Virus record (IMG/VR): IMGVR_UViG_3300020202_000061
Location: 1-64,000 of that record
Length of the DNA: 64,000 nucleotides
Reading direction: 5' to 3' (one strand)
The notes beneath the pieces are model-generated. The model did no database searches. It had not been told where the DNA came from and saw nothing but the letters and a program-made list of their open reading frames with translations. Shown in pieces: positions 18,314 through 28,278 of the stretch (the stretch's first letter is position 1; the number at the start of each line of letters is the position of its first letter). Position numbers and translations under genes: made by a program.

Positions 18314-18865
18314 ATGACGACGAAAACTAAAACACTACGGAAGCTTCCTCGGATTCATCATGACCGAGTTCGTATCATCAAGGATATGGGTCAAGACTGG
18401 GTTGATGCGAAGGCAGACTTACGCCTGTTCATTACTCAACGTGATTGCAATCGTGCCGTTCCTGGCGATCCAAACCGTTGCGTCATTGCCCAAACTCTCC
18501 GACACACCTTGGGTGGTGAGATAACGAATTTCGAGGTTCGAAACAAAACTGCGATTATTCGATACATCGACGCCAACGGAAATCCAGTTGTCGAGCGTTA
18601 CTATCTCGGCAAGCGTGCTCGCCAGATCGTCCTAGATAACGATGCTGGTAAGCCCGTTGCACCACAAGAAATCACGCTCAAACGTCCACATCCATCCATG
18701 CGTGCTGAGGCTCGTCAGAATGAAAAATTCAAACGACGTGAACGTGAACGCCAAAAAGCTCTACGGGGTGGACGACGAGTTAGCACTAATCCTGCTCGTC
18801 GCCCGAAAAGCGCCAACGTCGTAGTAGGACCTCGTATCACCACACTACGTAAGCGTGCGAAATGA
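18314..18865 (+). CDS. Basic Arg/Lys-rich hypothetical protein
   Basis: GGAG RBS; GDPNRCVIAQ motif; very basic C-terminus. Confidence 0.7.
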   Translation: MTTKTKTLRKLPRIHHDRVRIIKDMGQDWVDAKADLRLFITQRDCNRAVPGDPNRCVIAQTLRHTLGGEITNFEVRNKTAIIRYIDANGNPVVERYYLGKRARQIVLDNDAGKPVAPQEITLKRPHPSMRAEARQNEKFKRRERERQKALRGGRRVSTNPARRPKSANVVVGPRITTLRKRAK

Positions 18866-19254
18866 CAACAGCCTCGATTCGACGTGGATTCTACGAGAAG
18901 TCCGGTCCAGAACAAATTCAGGTTTTGGAGGACTACATCAAGAAAGAACACTGGCGTAGGGATATGGCCAGGGCGATCAGACACGCGATCAATGGTGTCG
19001 TCACACTGAAAATTCCAATCCCGGTCCATCGGAGAGACGATCACTTAGCCCGATTCTACTATACGAGTCTGGCTGATCTGATCGTTTTCCAATCCCAAGA
19101 TGGATGTCTGTACGACATCAAATGGAATCGAGATTACTTCCCGTATCTGGAAATCATGTGGCATCGAAATTGGAGCAAACGATTCTGGGATGCTGCCCTG
19201 GAGGGGAAAACAACCAACGTGGTCAATCTCGTCACGAACTGGAACAAATCCTAG
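18862..19254 (+). CDS. Hypothetical protein
   Basis: ATGA-coupled to the previous gene. Confidence 0.65.
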   Translation: MTTASIRRGFYEKSGPEQIQVLEDYIKKEHWRRDMARAIRHAINGVVTLKIPIPVHRRDDHLARFYYTSLADLIVFQSQDGCLYDIKWNRDYFPYLEIMWHRNWSKRFWDAALEGKTTNVVNLVTNWNKS

Positions 19255-19399
19255 AAAATTATCGGAAACCCCTGGATTAAATTTGTTCCTCGCCTATATA
19301 CGAGTCGTGGCAATTAAGCCACGTGAAGTCTTCAGGCAGTAAAGTCCACAGCATGTGATGCGTGGCATGGAAGTCCTGGAGCAGTAAAGGAAAGCTGTC

Positions 19400-20311
19400 A
19401 TGTACAACTCGACTCACGAGTATGAGGCGACTATTGTCGTCAACCGTAAGCCTGTGACGGAAGTTTACCATCAGGCCCGTACCTTCATCGAAGGTCGCAA
19501 GAACTCCAACTACGAACTGTTCTTCAAGAACAACTCCTCCAGCAAGGTCCTGGTCATCCCGAGTGTGGACGGGCTGGGTGTGATCGACGGCAAACCCGCT
19601 GGTATCGATTCGCCGGGATTTGTCGTGAATGCGTACGGCTCGATCACGATTCCGGGTTGGAAGGTGGACTCGAAGAAGGCCGCGAAGTTCGTGTTCAAAC
19701 CGCAGCACGCCGAGAACGAGCGTGACCAGACCTACGTCGAGGCGGTCGGACAGGACGAGACCAACCAGGGCACCATCGGGTTCATGGTGTTCAAGGAGAA
19801 GCCGGTTCCGTTCAATTGGAATTGGAACCTCTACAATGGACCACCCACTATCACCCGTCGGTACGTCAAAGGGATGAGCGGGGAATCGTGGCACGGTACG
19901 GGCTCGTTCCAGGCCAACCAACTGAATGCGTCTTCCGCTGTCGGGGCAAACGTCTCGAACACGTTGGGTAGCAACTCGGCGGATGCACCACGTGGCATCG
20001 CTCCGTCCTTCGAGACCCAGGCCATGTACTGCGCGGATGTGGATCAGGATAAGTCCCTGGGTACGGGCTTCGGTAAGGCCACCGGGTTCAACACGGTCGA
20101 GACCACATTTGAGCGTGAGACCCCGACTCAACCCCAGGCGATCTTCGTGTTCTACTACGACTCCCTACGGGGTTTGAAGCGCCGTGGTGTTCCGGTGGAG
20201 CGATTCCAGAAGTCCTACAAGAAGACCCAGGTCGAGGCGAATCCTTTCCCGAAGTCTCCCGGACTGACCGGATCAACCGGATGCCCACTCCCGCCGGGTT
20301 GGAAGCGCTAA
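19400..20311 (+). CDS. Conserved hypothetical protein (SVDG..IDGK..IPGW family)
   Basis: Strong codon bias; FIEGRKNSNYEL, IPSVDGLGVIDGK, ITIPGW, GTIG, LGTGFG. Confidence 0.8.
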   Translation: MYNSTHEYEATIVVNRKPVTEVYHQARTFIEGRKNSNYELFFKNNSSSKVLVIPSVDGLGVIDGKPAGIDSPGFVVNAYGSITIPGWKVDSKKAAKFVFKPQHAENERDQTYVEAVGQDETNQGTIGFMVFKEKPVPFNWNWNLYNGPPTITRRYVKGMSGESWHGTGSFQANQLNASSAVGANVSNTLGSNSADAPRGIAPSFETQAMYCADVDQDKSLGTGFGKATGFNTVETTFERETPTQPQAIFVFYYDSLRGLKRRGVPVERFQKSYKKTQVEANPFPKSPGLTGSTGCPLPPGWKR

Positions 20312-20312
20312 G

Positions 20313-20594
20313 ATGACCGCGATTGCTTGGCCCAGCCAGACACCGGCCGAGGACGAATACCGTTGGGAACCGAGGACGCCCGTGCAGCCATGGGCTCCCG
20401 GACCCAATGGTCCTGCGCCGGTCCCGATCAATCCGACTGCTCCGGATTGGCCCACGATCCCAAAGTGGCCGCTTCCTTCCCGACAGGGATGGGAGTGCCC
20501 CCGCTGTGGAACCGTGCACAGCCCGGATACGCGATCCTGCTACTGCTCGACCCGCACCTGGTACACAACGACAACCAACACTAGATGTTTCTGA
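20313..20594 (+). CDS. Pro-rich small protein with zinc ribbon
   Basis: GWECPRCG..SP..CYC. Confidence 0.6.
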   Translation: MTAIAWPSQTPAEDEYRWEPRTPVQPWAPGPNGPAPVPINPTAPDWPTIPKWPLPSRQGWECPRCGTVHSPDTRSCYCSTRTWYTTTTNTRCF

Positions 20595-20607
20595 GGAGAA
20601 ACCAAAC

Positions 20608-21315
20608 ATGACCGATTTCAAAGTGAACAACGAGATTGATGCCGACACCCTGATCCGAGTAGTCCTGGACCGCTCCGGCAGCATGGGTGGCCGAGTCCGC
20701 CACGACACCATTGGCGGCTACAACGAGTATCTGAGGGAACTCAAGGAGAAGAACCCAGGTCGAACCCTGTTCAGCCTGTATCAGTTCGATTCGAGCGGTT
20801 CCGTGACCAACCTGGAATGCACCGTGGACAGTGTCGATCTGAACGCGGTGCCCGAACTCACCCTGGAGACCTATCAGCCGCGTGGCGGCACCCCGTTGTA
20901 CGATGCGGTGGGACAGGTCATCATGCAGACGGAGGACCAGATCAAGGCGTCCCAGAACAAGCCGAACGTCCTGCTGGTGATCATCACCGATGGTGAGAAT
21001 ACCGACAGTCAGGGTTACCAGGACAGCGACGTGAAGGGCATGATCAAGCGCCTGGAAGAGGACAAGACCTGGACCGTGGCGTATCTCGGCGCGAACCAGG
21101 ATGCCTGGGCCGTGGGACAGACCATGGGCTTGGCCAAGGGCAACACCATGACGTATTCGGTGGCCAGCATGTCAAAGACCATGAAGGGGTTGGCCAGCGC
21201 CAGTGTCAGTTATGCCGCCGCATCCACCCGCTCAAAGCTGGCTGATCCGCAAGCCTCCTACGTGACCCGTTCCTTCTACGGGGACGCCGGACTCGACCAG
21301 GAGGATTTCGACTAA
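20608..21315 (+). CDS. von Willebrand factor A (vWA) domain protein
   Basis: Start at ATG 20608 after GAGGAG; MIDAS DRSGSM, PRGGTPLYDAVG, IITDGEN, YLGANQDA. Confidence 0.9.
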   Translation: MTDFKVNNEIDADTLIRVVLDRSGSMGGRVRHDTIGGYNEYLRELKEKNPGRTLFSLYQFDSSGSVTNLECTVDSVDLNAVPELTLETYQPRGGTPLYDAVGQVIMQTEDQIKASQNKPNVLLVIITDGENTDSQGYQDSDVKGMIKRLEEDKTWTVAYLGANQDAWAVGQTMGLAKGNTMTYSVASMSKTMKGLASASVSYAAASTRSKLADPQASYVTRSFYGDAGLDQEDFD

Positions 21316-21345
21316 AGACAAGGGGCCTTTCGGCCCCTTGTCTTT
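21314..21345. terminator. Bidirectional intrinsic terminator
   Basis: AAAGACAAGGGGCC-TTTC-GGCCCCTTGTCTTT between convergent genes. Confidence 0.85.
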
Positions 21346-21378
21346 TGGTCACCAAGTAGGCTCTTCACCAATATGCGG

Positions 21379-21639
21379 CTAGGGTTTTGGCCCGCTCGCA
21401 GCATTACCCTTGGTGTTCTTCTTGCCCGGAAACAGGACCACTAGGGTTCCGAGAATTCCCAGCGTCACGGCGGTGCTCGATCCCACCACCAGGATCGCAT
21501 TGAACGGGTATGGGAGATCACCGAACAAGGAGTCGAACGCGACGATGAGTCCGCCCAATAACCCAAGCAGAATGGCGATGCTGAGGAACGCTCCGATTGT
21601 GATTCCCAGGAATGTGGCCACGGCCGTGGGGATGTTCAT
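21379..21639 (-). CDS. Small membrane protein
   Basis: Two TM segments. Confidence 0.6.
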   Translation of the reverse strand: MNIPTAVATFLGITIGAFLSIAILLGLLGGLIVAFDSLFGDLPYPFNAILVVGSSTAVTLGILGTLVVLFPGKKNTKGNAASGPKP

Positions 21640-21956
21640 TGTTGGCTCCCGATTCGGTTGAGTTCGCCCGACTTGACCTTGGCGAGCACGTTCAGGACGT
21701 GCCCAGCGGTCACGTTCCCGTATTTGGTTCGAGGCTCAAAACCATCCAGGTGCTCGATGAGAGCCGCTGCCCAATCCGGCAACGGTATCGGGCTCTTATC
21801 GACCAAGGCATATCCTGGACTCACGCTCACATCTTCATGACCCTGATGGATCAGAAATTTCGCCACCGGACAATGCGAGCAATCCCTGACCTGGGCGATC
21901 ACTTTATCCTGGGAAAATCCACGGAGCCACGTCTCAAACTCATACAGATCGATCAT
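21636..21956 (-). CDS. Hypothetical protein (CxxCPVA motif), paralog of the next gene
   Basis: FETWLR..CSHCPVAKFL..LPDWAAALI..LD. Confidence 0.65.
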   Translation of the reverse strand: MIDLYEFETWLRGFSQDKVIAQVRDCSHCPVAKFLIHQGHEDVSVSPGYALVDKSPIPLPDWAAALIEHLDGFEPRTKYGNVTAGHVLNVLAKVKSGELNRIGSQQ

Positions 21957-22276
21957 TCGGTGTGTTCCAGCATTCGAAGGGCATCATCTGGTGAAATTCT
22001 TCTCTCGGTTGTGCTGGACCCATCGACGATTCTGATGAAGGTCTGTTGCCAGGGTTCCAGTGAAAAATCCTTCCAAACAAATGTGGACCCGGACGGGTCC
22101 ACATTTGGCATGGCTACACGTGTGCCATGGAGACTCACCACGGCATGTTCATAAGGACTGCCCCTACGGGTGATGAATCGGGCCAACGGACAGTCACAGG
22201 ATGTACCGGATCGCCCTACGATACGGTCGGGATGATTCCTCAACCAGTCGCGAAATTCTTCCTTGGAAAACCCCAT
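21953..22276 (-). CDS. Hypothetical protein (CPLA motif)
   Basis: FRDWLR..SCDCPLARFI..LEPWQQTFI..VD; ATG 22276 with GAGGGG RBS. Confidence 0.65.
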   Translation of the reverse strand: MGFSKEEFRDWLRNHPDRIVGRSGTSCDCPLARFITRRGSPYEHAVVSLHGTRVAMPNVDPSGSTFVWKDFSLEPWQQTFIRIVDGSSTTERRISPDDALRMLEHTE

Positions 22277-22345
22277 GAATCCCCTCAAACAAAACGGGCC
22301 TACCCGAGATATGGATAGGCCGGTCCGGGGTTCAAGGGGTTTCGA

Positions 22346-22963
22346 TCAGACCCGGCGGATGTTCCCCATCAGGTAGATCAGGTCATCCACGTAGAGATCG
22401 ACCGAGAGGCCGCCGTCCTTCACGATCCGAACCAGTGGGTCCGGACGAGGCGTCTCGTCGGACTTGTTCTTGTAGTTGGCCAGGACGTGGCCCTCGATGC
22501 CCGCGTTGTCCGGCTCGTGCATGTCACGACCGCAGCCCTTGGTGAGTTCCTTGAGGGCGGCGAGCGCCGCGTGGGCGCGGTCGGCGTAGCGGTAGTCGTC
22601 GGGACGGTTGATATTCGACCGGATCGGACCATACTCGCGCAGGACCGCCAGCATCGTGGCGAGATTGAACTGGGCGATGGGAAACTTCTTCTTCTCCGGC
22701 CGACCATCGTAGAACGACTCCAGCACCAGGACGATCTCCTGGAAGCCCTTGGTGACGCCCTCGATGCTGATGTAGTCGCCCTGGGCGTTGTCCAGGTGAT
22801 ACCCAACCACACTGACGGTGTAGCTGATCGCGTCGGAACTGGGGTTGAGAAACGCCTCGATAGGCAGGTCCGCAAAGACCTTGCGGAAATCCTGGATCAT
22901 CTTGAGCAGGTAGCGGGTCGTCTCATCGACCTCGTTATCCACAACGCGTAGGGTCTTACCCAT
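22346..22963 (-). CDS. Hypothetical protein
   Basis: GGAGG RBS, strong codon bias, sigma70 promoter upstream. Confidence 0.75.
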   Translation of the reverse strand: MGKTLRVVDNEVDETTRYLLKMIQDFRKVFADLPIEAFLNPSSDAISYTVSVVGYHLDNAQGDYISIEGVTKGFQEIVLVLESFYDGRPEKKKFPIAQFNLATMLAVLREYGPIRSNINRPDDYRYADRAHAALAALKELTKGCGRDMHEPDNAGIEGHVLANYKNKSDETPRPDPLVRIVKDGGLSVDLYVDDLIYLMGNIRRV

Positions 22964-22995
22964 AAGTCCTCCAGGCAGGGGTTATCCGATGCCGG

Positions 22996-23024
22996 AGATT
23001 ACCAGAAATCCCAGGGATTGTCAA
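22996..23024 (-). promoter_or_regulatory. Sigma70-type promoter
   Basis: TTGACA-N17-TAATCT. Confidence 0.7.
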
Positions 23025-23569
23025 GAAAGACTTACGACAACCTTACCCTTCCATTCCGAATCGAGCCACTGGAATAGTTCCTGGGCGAGGTTCGCGTAGA
23101 GGAATTCCAGGACGATTTTGCAGAGGAAGATCGAGGCCCAAATCCAAAACGACCAGGACATCCCCATCGAGTAGAGCAGCATCATTTGGGCGAGCCAGAC
23201 CAGCGGGGTCCAATTACGGTAATTCCCCACGATCATCATCCCACCGCGTTGGGAAAATAACTGCTTGGCCAGGAGGCCACGAATCTTGGGATTTCCAAGA
23301 TTTTCACGATAGACGGCCTCCGACCACAGAGCGAGTCCGCACAGAATACCCTCGACGAGGGTGAACAGGAACAGGGTGATCCAGGTGAACTCGATCATCC
23401 ACGGACTGAGCCAGTCCAGACTCATCAGCAGGAGCAGTACCGGCAGGTAGAAGGTCATCACCCCATACAGGAATTCGTCCAAGCGGGACCTAGGTCTCTC
23501 CGAGACATAATGCTCCATCCCGTATTCCAGAATACGCTCGGTCAACTCTGTAGTGGCGCGGAGTTTCAT
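23021..23569 (-). CDS. Membrane protein
   Basis: About 4 TM segments; TTGACG..TAATAT promoter just upstream. Confidence 0.65.
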   Translation of the reverse strand: MKLRATTELTERILEYGMEHYVSERPRSRLDEFLYGVMTFYLPVLLLLMSLDWLSPWMIEFTWITLFLFTLVEGILCGLALWSEAVYRENLGNPKIRGLLAKQLFSQRGGMMIVGNYRNWTPLVWLAQMMLLYSMGMSWSFWIWASIFLCKIVLEFLYANLAQELFQWLDSEWKGKVVVSLS

Positions 23570-23646
23570 AGAGTTAATATTACAAACCCCTGAGGCTTCG
23601 TCAATACTTAGATACTCAGATAAATACGACGAAGAGGAGATTCCGC

Positions 23647-24024
23647 ATGTTCAAATTTGAAGGTCGAGCAGTCAATGATGTACTGGTTGAGTGGAACGGT
23701 CCCGTGACCGGTCGCAACTACAACGTCTATCAGGTGGCGGCCCCGGCCCCGGCTCTGGTCCATATCAAGGTTTGGGGATCAGGAGCGGTAAAACTCCAAC
23801 ACAACAATACGTTCATATTCAAGACTCCGGGCGGAGATCAAAATCGCCACCGGTTGGATAAGGTTCCAGCCGAGACTGGTTGGACTGATGATGGTGCTGC
23901 CATCAGCGAGGCGGACCGGTATCAGACCCGTACCATCACGGTTGATCCGGCAACCCTCTATCTGCGTGTCATCTTAACCACGGCCGGAACTGGTCGTGTC
24001 GAGATCAAATCGAACTGGAACTAA
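23647..24024 (+). CDS. Putative virion protein (late)
   Basis: TAAATA at 23621-26, GAGGAG RBS, beta-rich sequence. Confidence 0.65.
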   Translation: MFKFEGRAVNDVLVEWNGPVTGRNYNVYQVAAPAPALVHIKVWGSGAVKLQHNNTFIFKTPGGDQNRHRLDKVPAETGWTDDGAAISEADRYQTRTITVDPATLYLRVILTTAGTGRVEIKSNWN

Positions 24025-24614
24025 AGGTTGACTTCGCCGTTCCAGGCCGGATCAACCTGCTTGAAAATGATCTCCGTCAGCCCCTGATATTGCCAGATCG
24101 TGATATGGATCAGGACCAGAGCCGCCATCGACATCAGGGCAATTCCGATCCAGCCGTTCCACATGAGCAGCGCCCAATAGGGCAGGCTCATGAACAGGAA
24201 ACGCCACATGGTCAGCTTGGCCGCGCCCAGCTTACCGACATCCGCCACCCGCAGCTTGTACTTGTTCAGGTCAAACAGAGGTTTGTGCTGGGCACCCATA
24301 ACCGACTCGAATAGCTTGTCGCCGTCAATGACCGTCTTAACGGTATGACAGGTGTAGCCGAGAGCCACCACAACGATGAGGCTCATGATGAAGCCGATGC
24401 TCTGGAGCGTACCCAGGACCCACCAAAGCAGGTCCCCATAATTCTGGTCGAGCCAGCCCATACCATTGAGGAAGAGCAACCCGATCCAGATCGGCGTCAG
24501 GATAAACGCGATGTTCTTCCTGAACCAAGACTCCTCGGGCTTCGCCGGGACCTCGGACAGAAACATGTCGATCTGCTCGGAACGCGGCGAATACTTCAGA
24601 GTAAGCTGGGTCAT
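24021..24614 (-). CDS. Membrane protein, similar layout to 23021..23569
   Basis: Start reassigned to ATG 24614 (AAGGAG RBS); about 4 TM segments. Confidence 0.65.
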   Translation of the reverse strand: MTQLTLKYSPRSEQIDMFLSEVPAKPEESWFRKNIAFILTPIWIGLLFLNGMGWLDQNYGDLLWWVLGTLQSIGFIMSLIVVVALGYTCHTVKTVIDGDKLFESVMGAQHKPLFDLNKYKLRVADVGKLGAAKLTMWRFLFMSLPYWALLMWNGWIGIALMSMAALVLIHITIWQYQGLTEIIFKQVDPAWNGEVNL

Positions 24615-24658
24615 CGAGTTCTCCTTTCCCATAATATATCAGAAAACCCCAGGGTTTG

Positions 24659-25120
24659 TCAAGCGAGTCCACGTTTCCTCAACCATTCCATATGGTCACG
24701 CTCGGCCTTCTCTCTGAAATCCCTACGAAATTTCCTACCCGCTCGACGATGGTAACTCTCCGACATTATCCTGAGATTCGCCCCCACATGCAATCCACAC
24801 ACATGAGGATGAGCCAACGGCACCTGATGCCGCACCAACAAGGGCACGGCCCGGCTCGGAATCCTTCGGAAACACTCCTCATAAACTCTTCGAATCTCTA
24901 TCAAAGTGGTCCAACCCGGCGTAGCCTGGATCAGAACAGATCGACGCCTCGCATCCCTCCGAAACCACATCTCCTCAGGCTGTTCTAGGAATTCTTTCTC
25001 TGTAGGCATTCCCGAGTGACGATACCTTCTCATCCAGTCGTTATAGGCTGTGCGATGGTTCGAACGCCATCGACGGACACGGTCATAATCCTTTGATCCA
25101 AGAGGTTCATTTTCGTTCAT
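24659..25120 (-). CDS. HNH endonuclease-like protein, probably degenerate
   Basis: QATPGW..IRRVY..VRHQVPL..VCGLHVGANLRIM. Confidence 0.65.
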   Translation of the reverse strand: MNENEPLGSKDYDRVRRWRSNHRTAYNDWMRRYRHSGMPTEKEFLEQPEEMWFRRDARRRSVLIQATPGWTTLIEIRRVYEECFRRIPSRAVPLLVRHQVPLAHPHVCGLHVGANLRIMSESYHRRAGRKFRRDFREKAERDHMEWLRKRGLA

Positions 25121-25210
25121 ACCACGTATCTACACGAATCTGTTTTGCGAATCCTGATATTCCCCCACCATTGCTAAATAATCTCCGAAAGCCTTTCGGA
25201 GGTAACAGAT

Positions 25211-27463
25211 ATGGCAGTGAAGACTCTTCTTTCTCAGACTGGTGTTGTGGGTGCAGGCCCGATCCAGTCGTTTCCGGGTGCGGATGATGTTCGCACGATC
25301 CAGTTCAACCCGCAGGTGGGTGTTGGATTCAGCGGTTCGGTGCTGATTGAGGGCTCTTATGCAGCCCGGCCTAGCTCGAATGATTTTCAGACCCTGGCCC
25401 AGGTGACGTTCACCGGCCACACCGCGAATTTCTCTCTCGACATCGACAGCGATGCTCCCTGGGTGCGTGCCCGCGTAGCTGTGGCTTCGATTGGTGCGAT
25501 CTCGGTCTATGGTGATTCCCGTATGGGTGCGATCTCGGGCGGTCAGTCTGGTCCGGGTACGAACACCGCGATCATCGACTCCCAGTTGAAGTGCGCTGGT
25601 ACCGGCACGAACTTCCTGATCAATTCCCCGGTTGTTCCACAGTTCACCACGGATGACGTGGTCTACGTGAATGACTTCAGCAAGACGCTGACCGACATCC
25701 TGGACGGCACCAACGGAGCCGTTGGTAAGCAGAACAAGATCGGCACCGGAGTGATCACGGCGAACCAGAACGACGTGAACGTGCTCACGGGCACCGCCGC
25801 GTATGGGCTGCTTGTCACTGACATGCAGAAGCTGGCCGACGTGACTGTGAGTGCGACCGAATTGAATCGCCTCGCTGGTGTCTCCAGCAATGTGCAGACC
25901 CAGTTGAATGCGATTGCGGCCTCGGTTCCGACCAGCCTCACCGGCACGACTGTGACTGCGGCGGCTTTGAACTCGTTCTTCAACGTGGTTCCGACCGTCA
26001 ACATGACCAACCTGAACAATCTGTCGGGACTGACTGCGTCGGCCGCCGATATGAACGTGCTGGCTGGACATGCTCTGGATTGGACTGGTGATGACATCGT
26101 GAAGCTCGGTGACATCACCGCTTCGGCGACCGATCTCAACCGTATCAGTGGATTCTCTGGTAACTCCAGCGATCTGAACAAGCTGGTCGGTATGAACTCA
26201 TCCACTGCCGATCTGAATGCGATTGCGGGTCTCGCCGGAACCGGCGTCAGCACCACACAGTTGGCGTTCCTGATCGGTCTGAACACGAATGTTCAGGCTG
26301 CTCTGAATGCGGTTCCGAACCTCGCTGGTCTGACTGCCTCGGTCAACGATCTGAACACACTGACCGGAATCTTCACCGGTTCGGGTGCGTTCCCCGCCCA
26401 GATTAGCTCCACCGAGCTTGGTTACCTGGAAGGCACAAGCTCGAACATCCAGGCTCAGTTGAACAACCGTCGCTCAATCGGCGTGCCGATTGGTATTGCG
26501 GAAATCTCGGGCGCGGCCATCACCACGACCGAACTCAACTACCTCCAGGGTGCGACCAGCAACATCCAGGCCCAGATCAACGCGATCTCTTCGTCGTCGA
26601 TCACTCCGGCTGGTGGTAACTTCTCGGGTCCGGTTGGATTCGCCGATGGTACCGCTGCGGCTCCGTCGATCCGCTTCACTGCGGACACCGACACCGGCTT
26701 CTACCGCGTCGGTGGCAACACACTGGGCTTCGCCGCGAACGCCACTCGTATCATGTCGATCAGCACTGCAAACGTGTTGTTCGGTAACGGTATCACCAAC
26801 GGCGCTCCGGCTCTTCAGCACACCGGTTTCGGTGCGGGCACCCCAGCTTACCAGTTCGTGAACGATGGCAACACCGGCATGTACTGGATCAGCGCGGACT
26901 CCATCGGATTCTCCGTGGGCGGCAACAACATCCTCACTCTGGATGGTGTGGCCAGCACCGTCACCATCGGTGGCGCGACAAACCTGAACAACTCAGTGGT
27001 GGTCTCCGGTAAGTTCTCCGGTGAAAAGCTGCTGGGTGTAGCCACGGTGCAAGCGGGTCTCGTCACTGGTGCTACCGGTCAGACCACGATCTACACGGTG
27101 GCCGCCGGACGTTCGGCGATTGTCACGAAGATTCTCGTTCGTATCACCAACCGCTTGCAGGGTGGTGGAACCGGATCGACGGCGGCTTTCCGCATGAACA
27201 TCGGCGTGAGCCCGCAGTTCGACGAACTGCTGGACAACACCAACAACGCAACCGTGTTCAATCCGGGAGCCTACTCGTTCAGCACTGTCGGTCAGGTCAT
27301 GCCGCTCGGTCAGGGTGACAATGCGTTCCCCGCGATCTGCGGTGCGAACGGTGCCGACTATCAGGTGTTCACGGCGGGTGCGGTAATCCGTGCCAACGTC
27401 ACGGTCCAGGCGCAGTTCGACCAGTTCGACCTGCAACTGATCGCGTTCGGATACGAATTCTAA
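25211..27463 (+). CDS. Tail fibre / virion structural protein
   Basis: TAAATA at 25175; G/A/T/S/N-rich; repeats of TxxELNxLxGxxSNIQxQLN; ADGTAAAPSIRF..DTDTGFY motif twice. Confidence 0.8.
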   Translation: MAVKTLLSQTGVVGAGPIQSFPGADDVRTIQFNPQVGVGFSGSVLIEGSYAARPSSNDFQTLAQVTFTGHTANFSLDIDSDAPWVRARVAVASIGAISVYGDSRMGAISGGQSGPGTNTAIIDSQLKCAGTGTNFLINSPVVPQFTTDDVVYVNDFSKTLTDILDGTNGAVGKQNKIGTGVITANQNDVNVLTGTAAYGLLVTDMQKLADVTVSATELNRLAGVSSNVQTQLNAIAASVPTSLTGTTVTAAALNSFFNVVPTVNMTNLNNLSGLTASAADMNVLAGHALDWTGDDIVKLGDITASATDLNRISGFSGNSSDLNKLVGMNSSTADLNAIAGLAGTGVSTTQLAFLIGLNTNVQAALNAVPNLAGLTASVNDLNTLTGIFTGSGAFPAQISSTELGYLEGTSSNIQAQLNNRRSIGVPIGIAEISGAAITTTELNYLQGATSNIQAQINAISSSSITPAGGNFSGPVGFADGTAAAPSIRFTADTDTGFYRVGGNTLGFAANATRIMSISTANVLFGNGITNGAPALQHTGFGAGTPAYQFVNDGNTGMYWISADSIGFSVGGNNILTLDGVASTVTIGGATNLNNSVVVSGKFSGEKLLGVATVQAGLVTGATGQTTIYTVAAGRSAIVTKILVRITNRLQGGGTGSTAAFRMNIGVSPQFDELLDNTNNATVFNPGAYSFSTVGQVMPLGQGDNAFPAICGANGADYQVFTAGAVIRANVTVQAQFDQFDLQLIAFGYEF

Positions 27464-27490
27464 TAAGTAGAATTGGTCTTCGTTAGAGCG

Positions 27491-27522
27491 GAAGAGGGTC
27501 GGGATTTCTCCCGACCCTTTTC
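27491..27522. terminator. Intrinsic terminator between convergent genes
   Basis: GAAGAGGGTCGGGA-TTTC-TCCCGACCCTTTTC. Confidence 0.75.
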
Positions 27523-28278
27523 TTATGGGGTTGGTGGATGGTTGATGACGGTCGGATATAACGAATTGATATTGAACGTTGAATGAAGTGATCTTCCAGT
27601 TGATCCGAAGTTCGTAAAAACCATCACACCACGATTTAAGAGGGTGTCAATCGTCGGAACATTGCTAAGTGGACCTTGGTCGCGCAGCATCATGCCGAGA
27701 CTCATAAAGGCCATGCGTTGGATATTGTCACGGAACCATGGAGGTTCTTTGAGCAGGGTCAGACCGGCTTGCTCCATCATGGGGTCGGTCACCCGATTCC
27801 CGTGCAGATACCACTCGATTCGCCCATACTGATCGATAATGGCTGGACCATCAGGGCTATGGATTCGTCCGTCCTTGAACCAGACCTCTGCCCAACGCTC
27901 ATCCTTGTCCTTGAATTCGGCTTCTTTGATCCAACCGATCCAGGCTGGACCATCGACCCGATCCTTTTTCCCTCGACTATTCAACCACTCCTGCGATCCA
28001 TTGCGATAGATTGTCGAGGGGCCTCCATAGGGACGAGGTCGATGCCATTTCCGACAATATGCATCGATGTGGTCGGGACGATCCAAGATGCGCGAGTGGG
28101 ACCCACGCTCGTTGAATCCCTCGGCATCGTTCTCGTACCACTCTTTGGTCCAGGGATAGTTCTTGTCCTTGTGGGTCGGCGGGTCCGTGATCTCCCACCA
28201 GACGTTGCGCAACCCACGACCTAGATTCCCCAGAGCTAGACCCACCGAACTAGGTGGTGACGGTATGCGTATCCCCAT
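27523..28278 (-). CDS. Hypothetical protein with H/R-x-DGPA repeats (PWF family)
   Basis: DRVDGPA, IHSPDGPAII, EWYLHG, PPWFRDNIQRM; start uncertain. Confidence 0.65.
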   Translation of the reverse strand: MGIRIPSPPSSVGLALGNLGRGLRNVWWEITDPPTHKDKNYPWTKEWYENDAEGFNERGSHSRILDRPDHIDAYCRKWHRPRPYGGPSTIYRNGSQEWLNSRGKKDRVDGPAWIGWIKEAEFKDKDERWAEVWFKDGRIHSPDGPAIIDQYGRIEWYLHGNRVTDPMMEQAGLTLLKEPPWFRDNIQRMAFMSLGMMLRDQGPLSNVPTIDTLLNRGVMVFTNFGSTGRSLHSTFNINSLYPTVINHPPTP

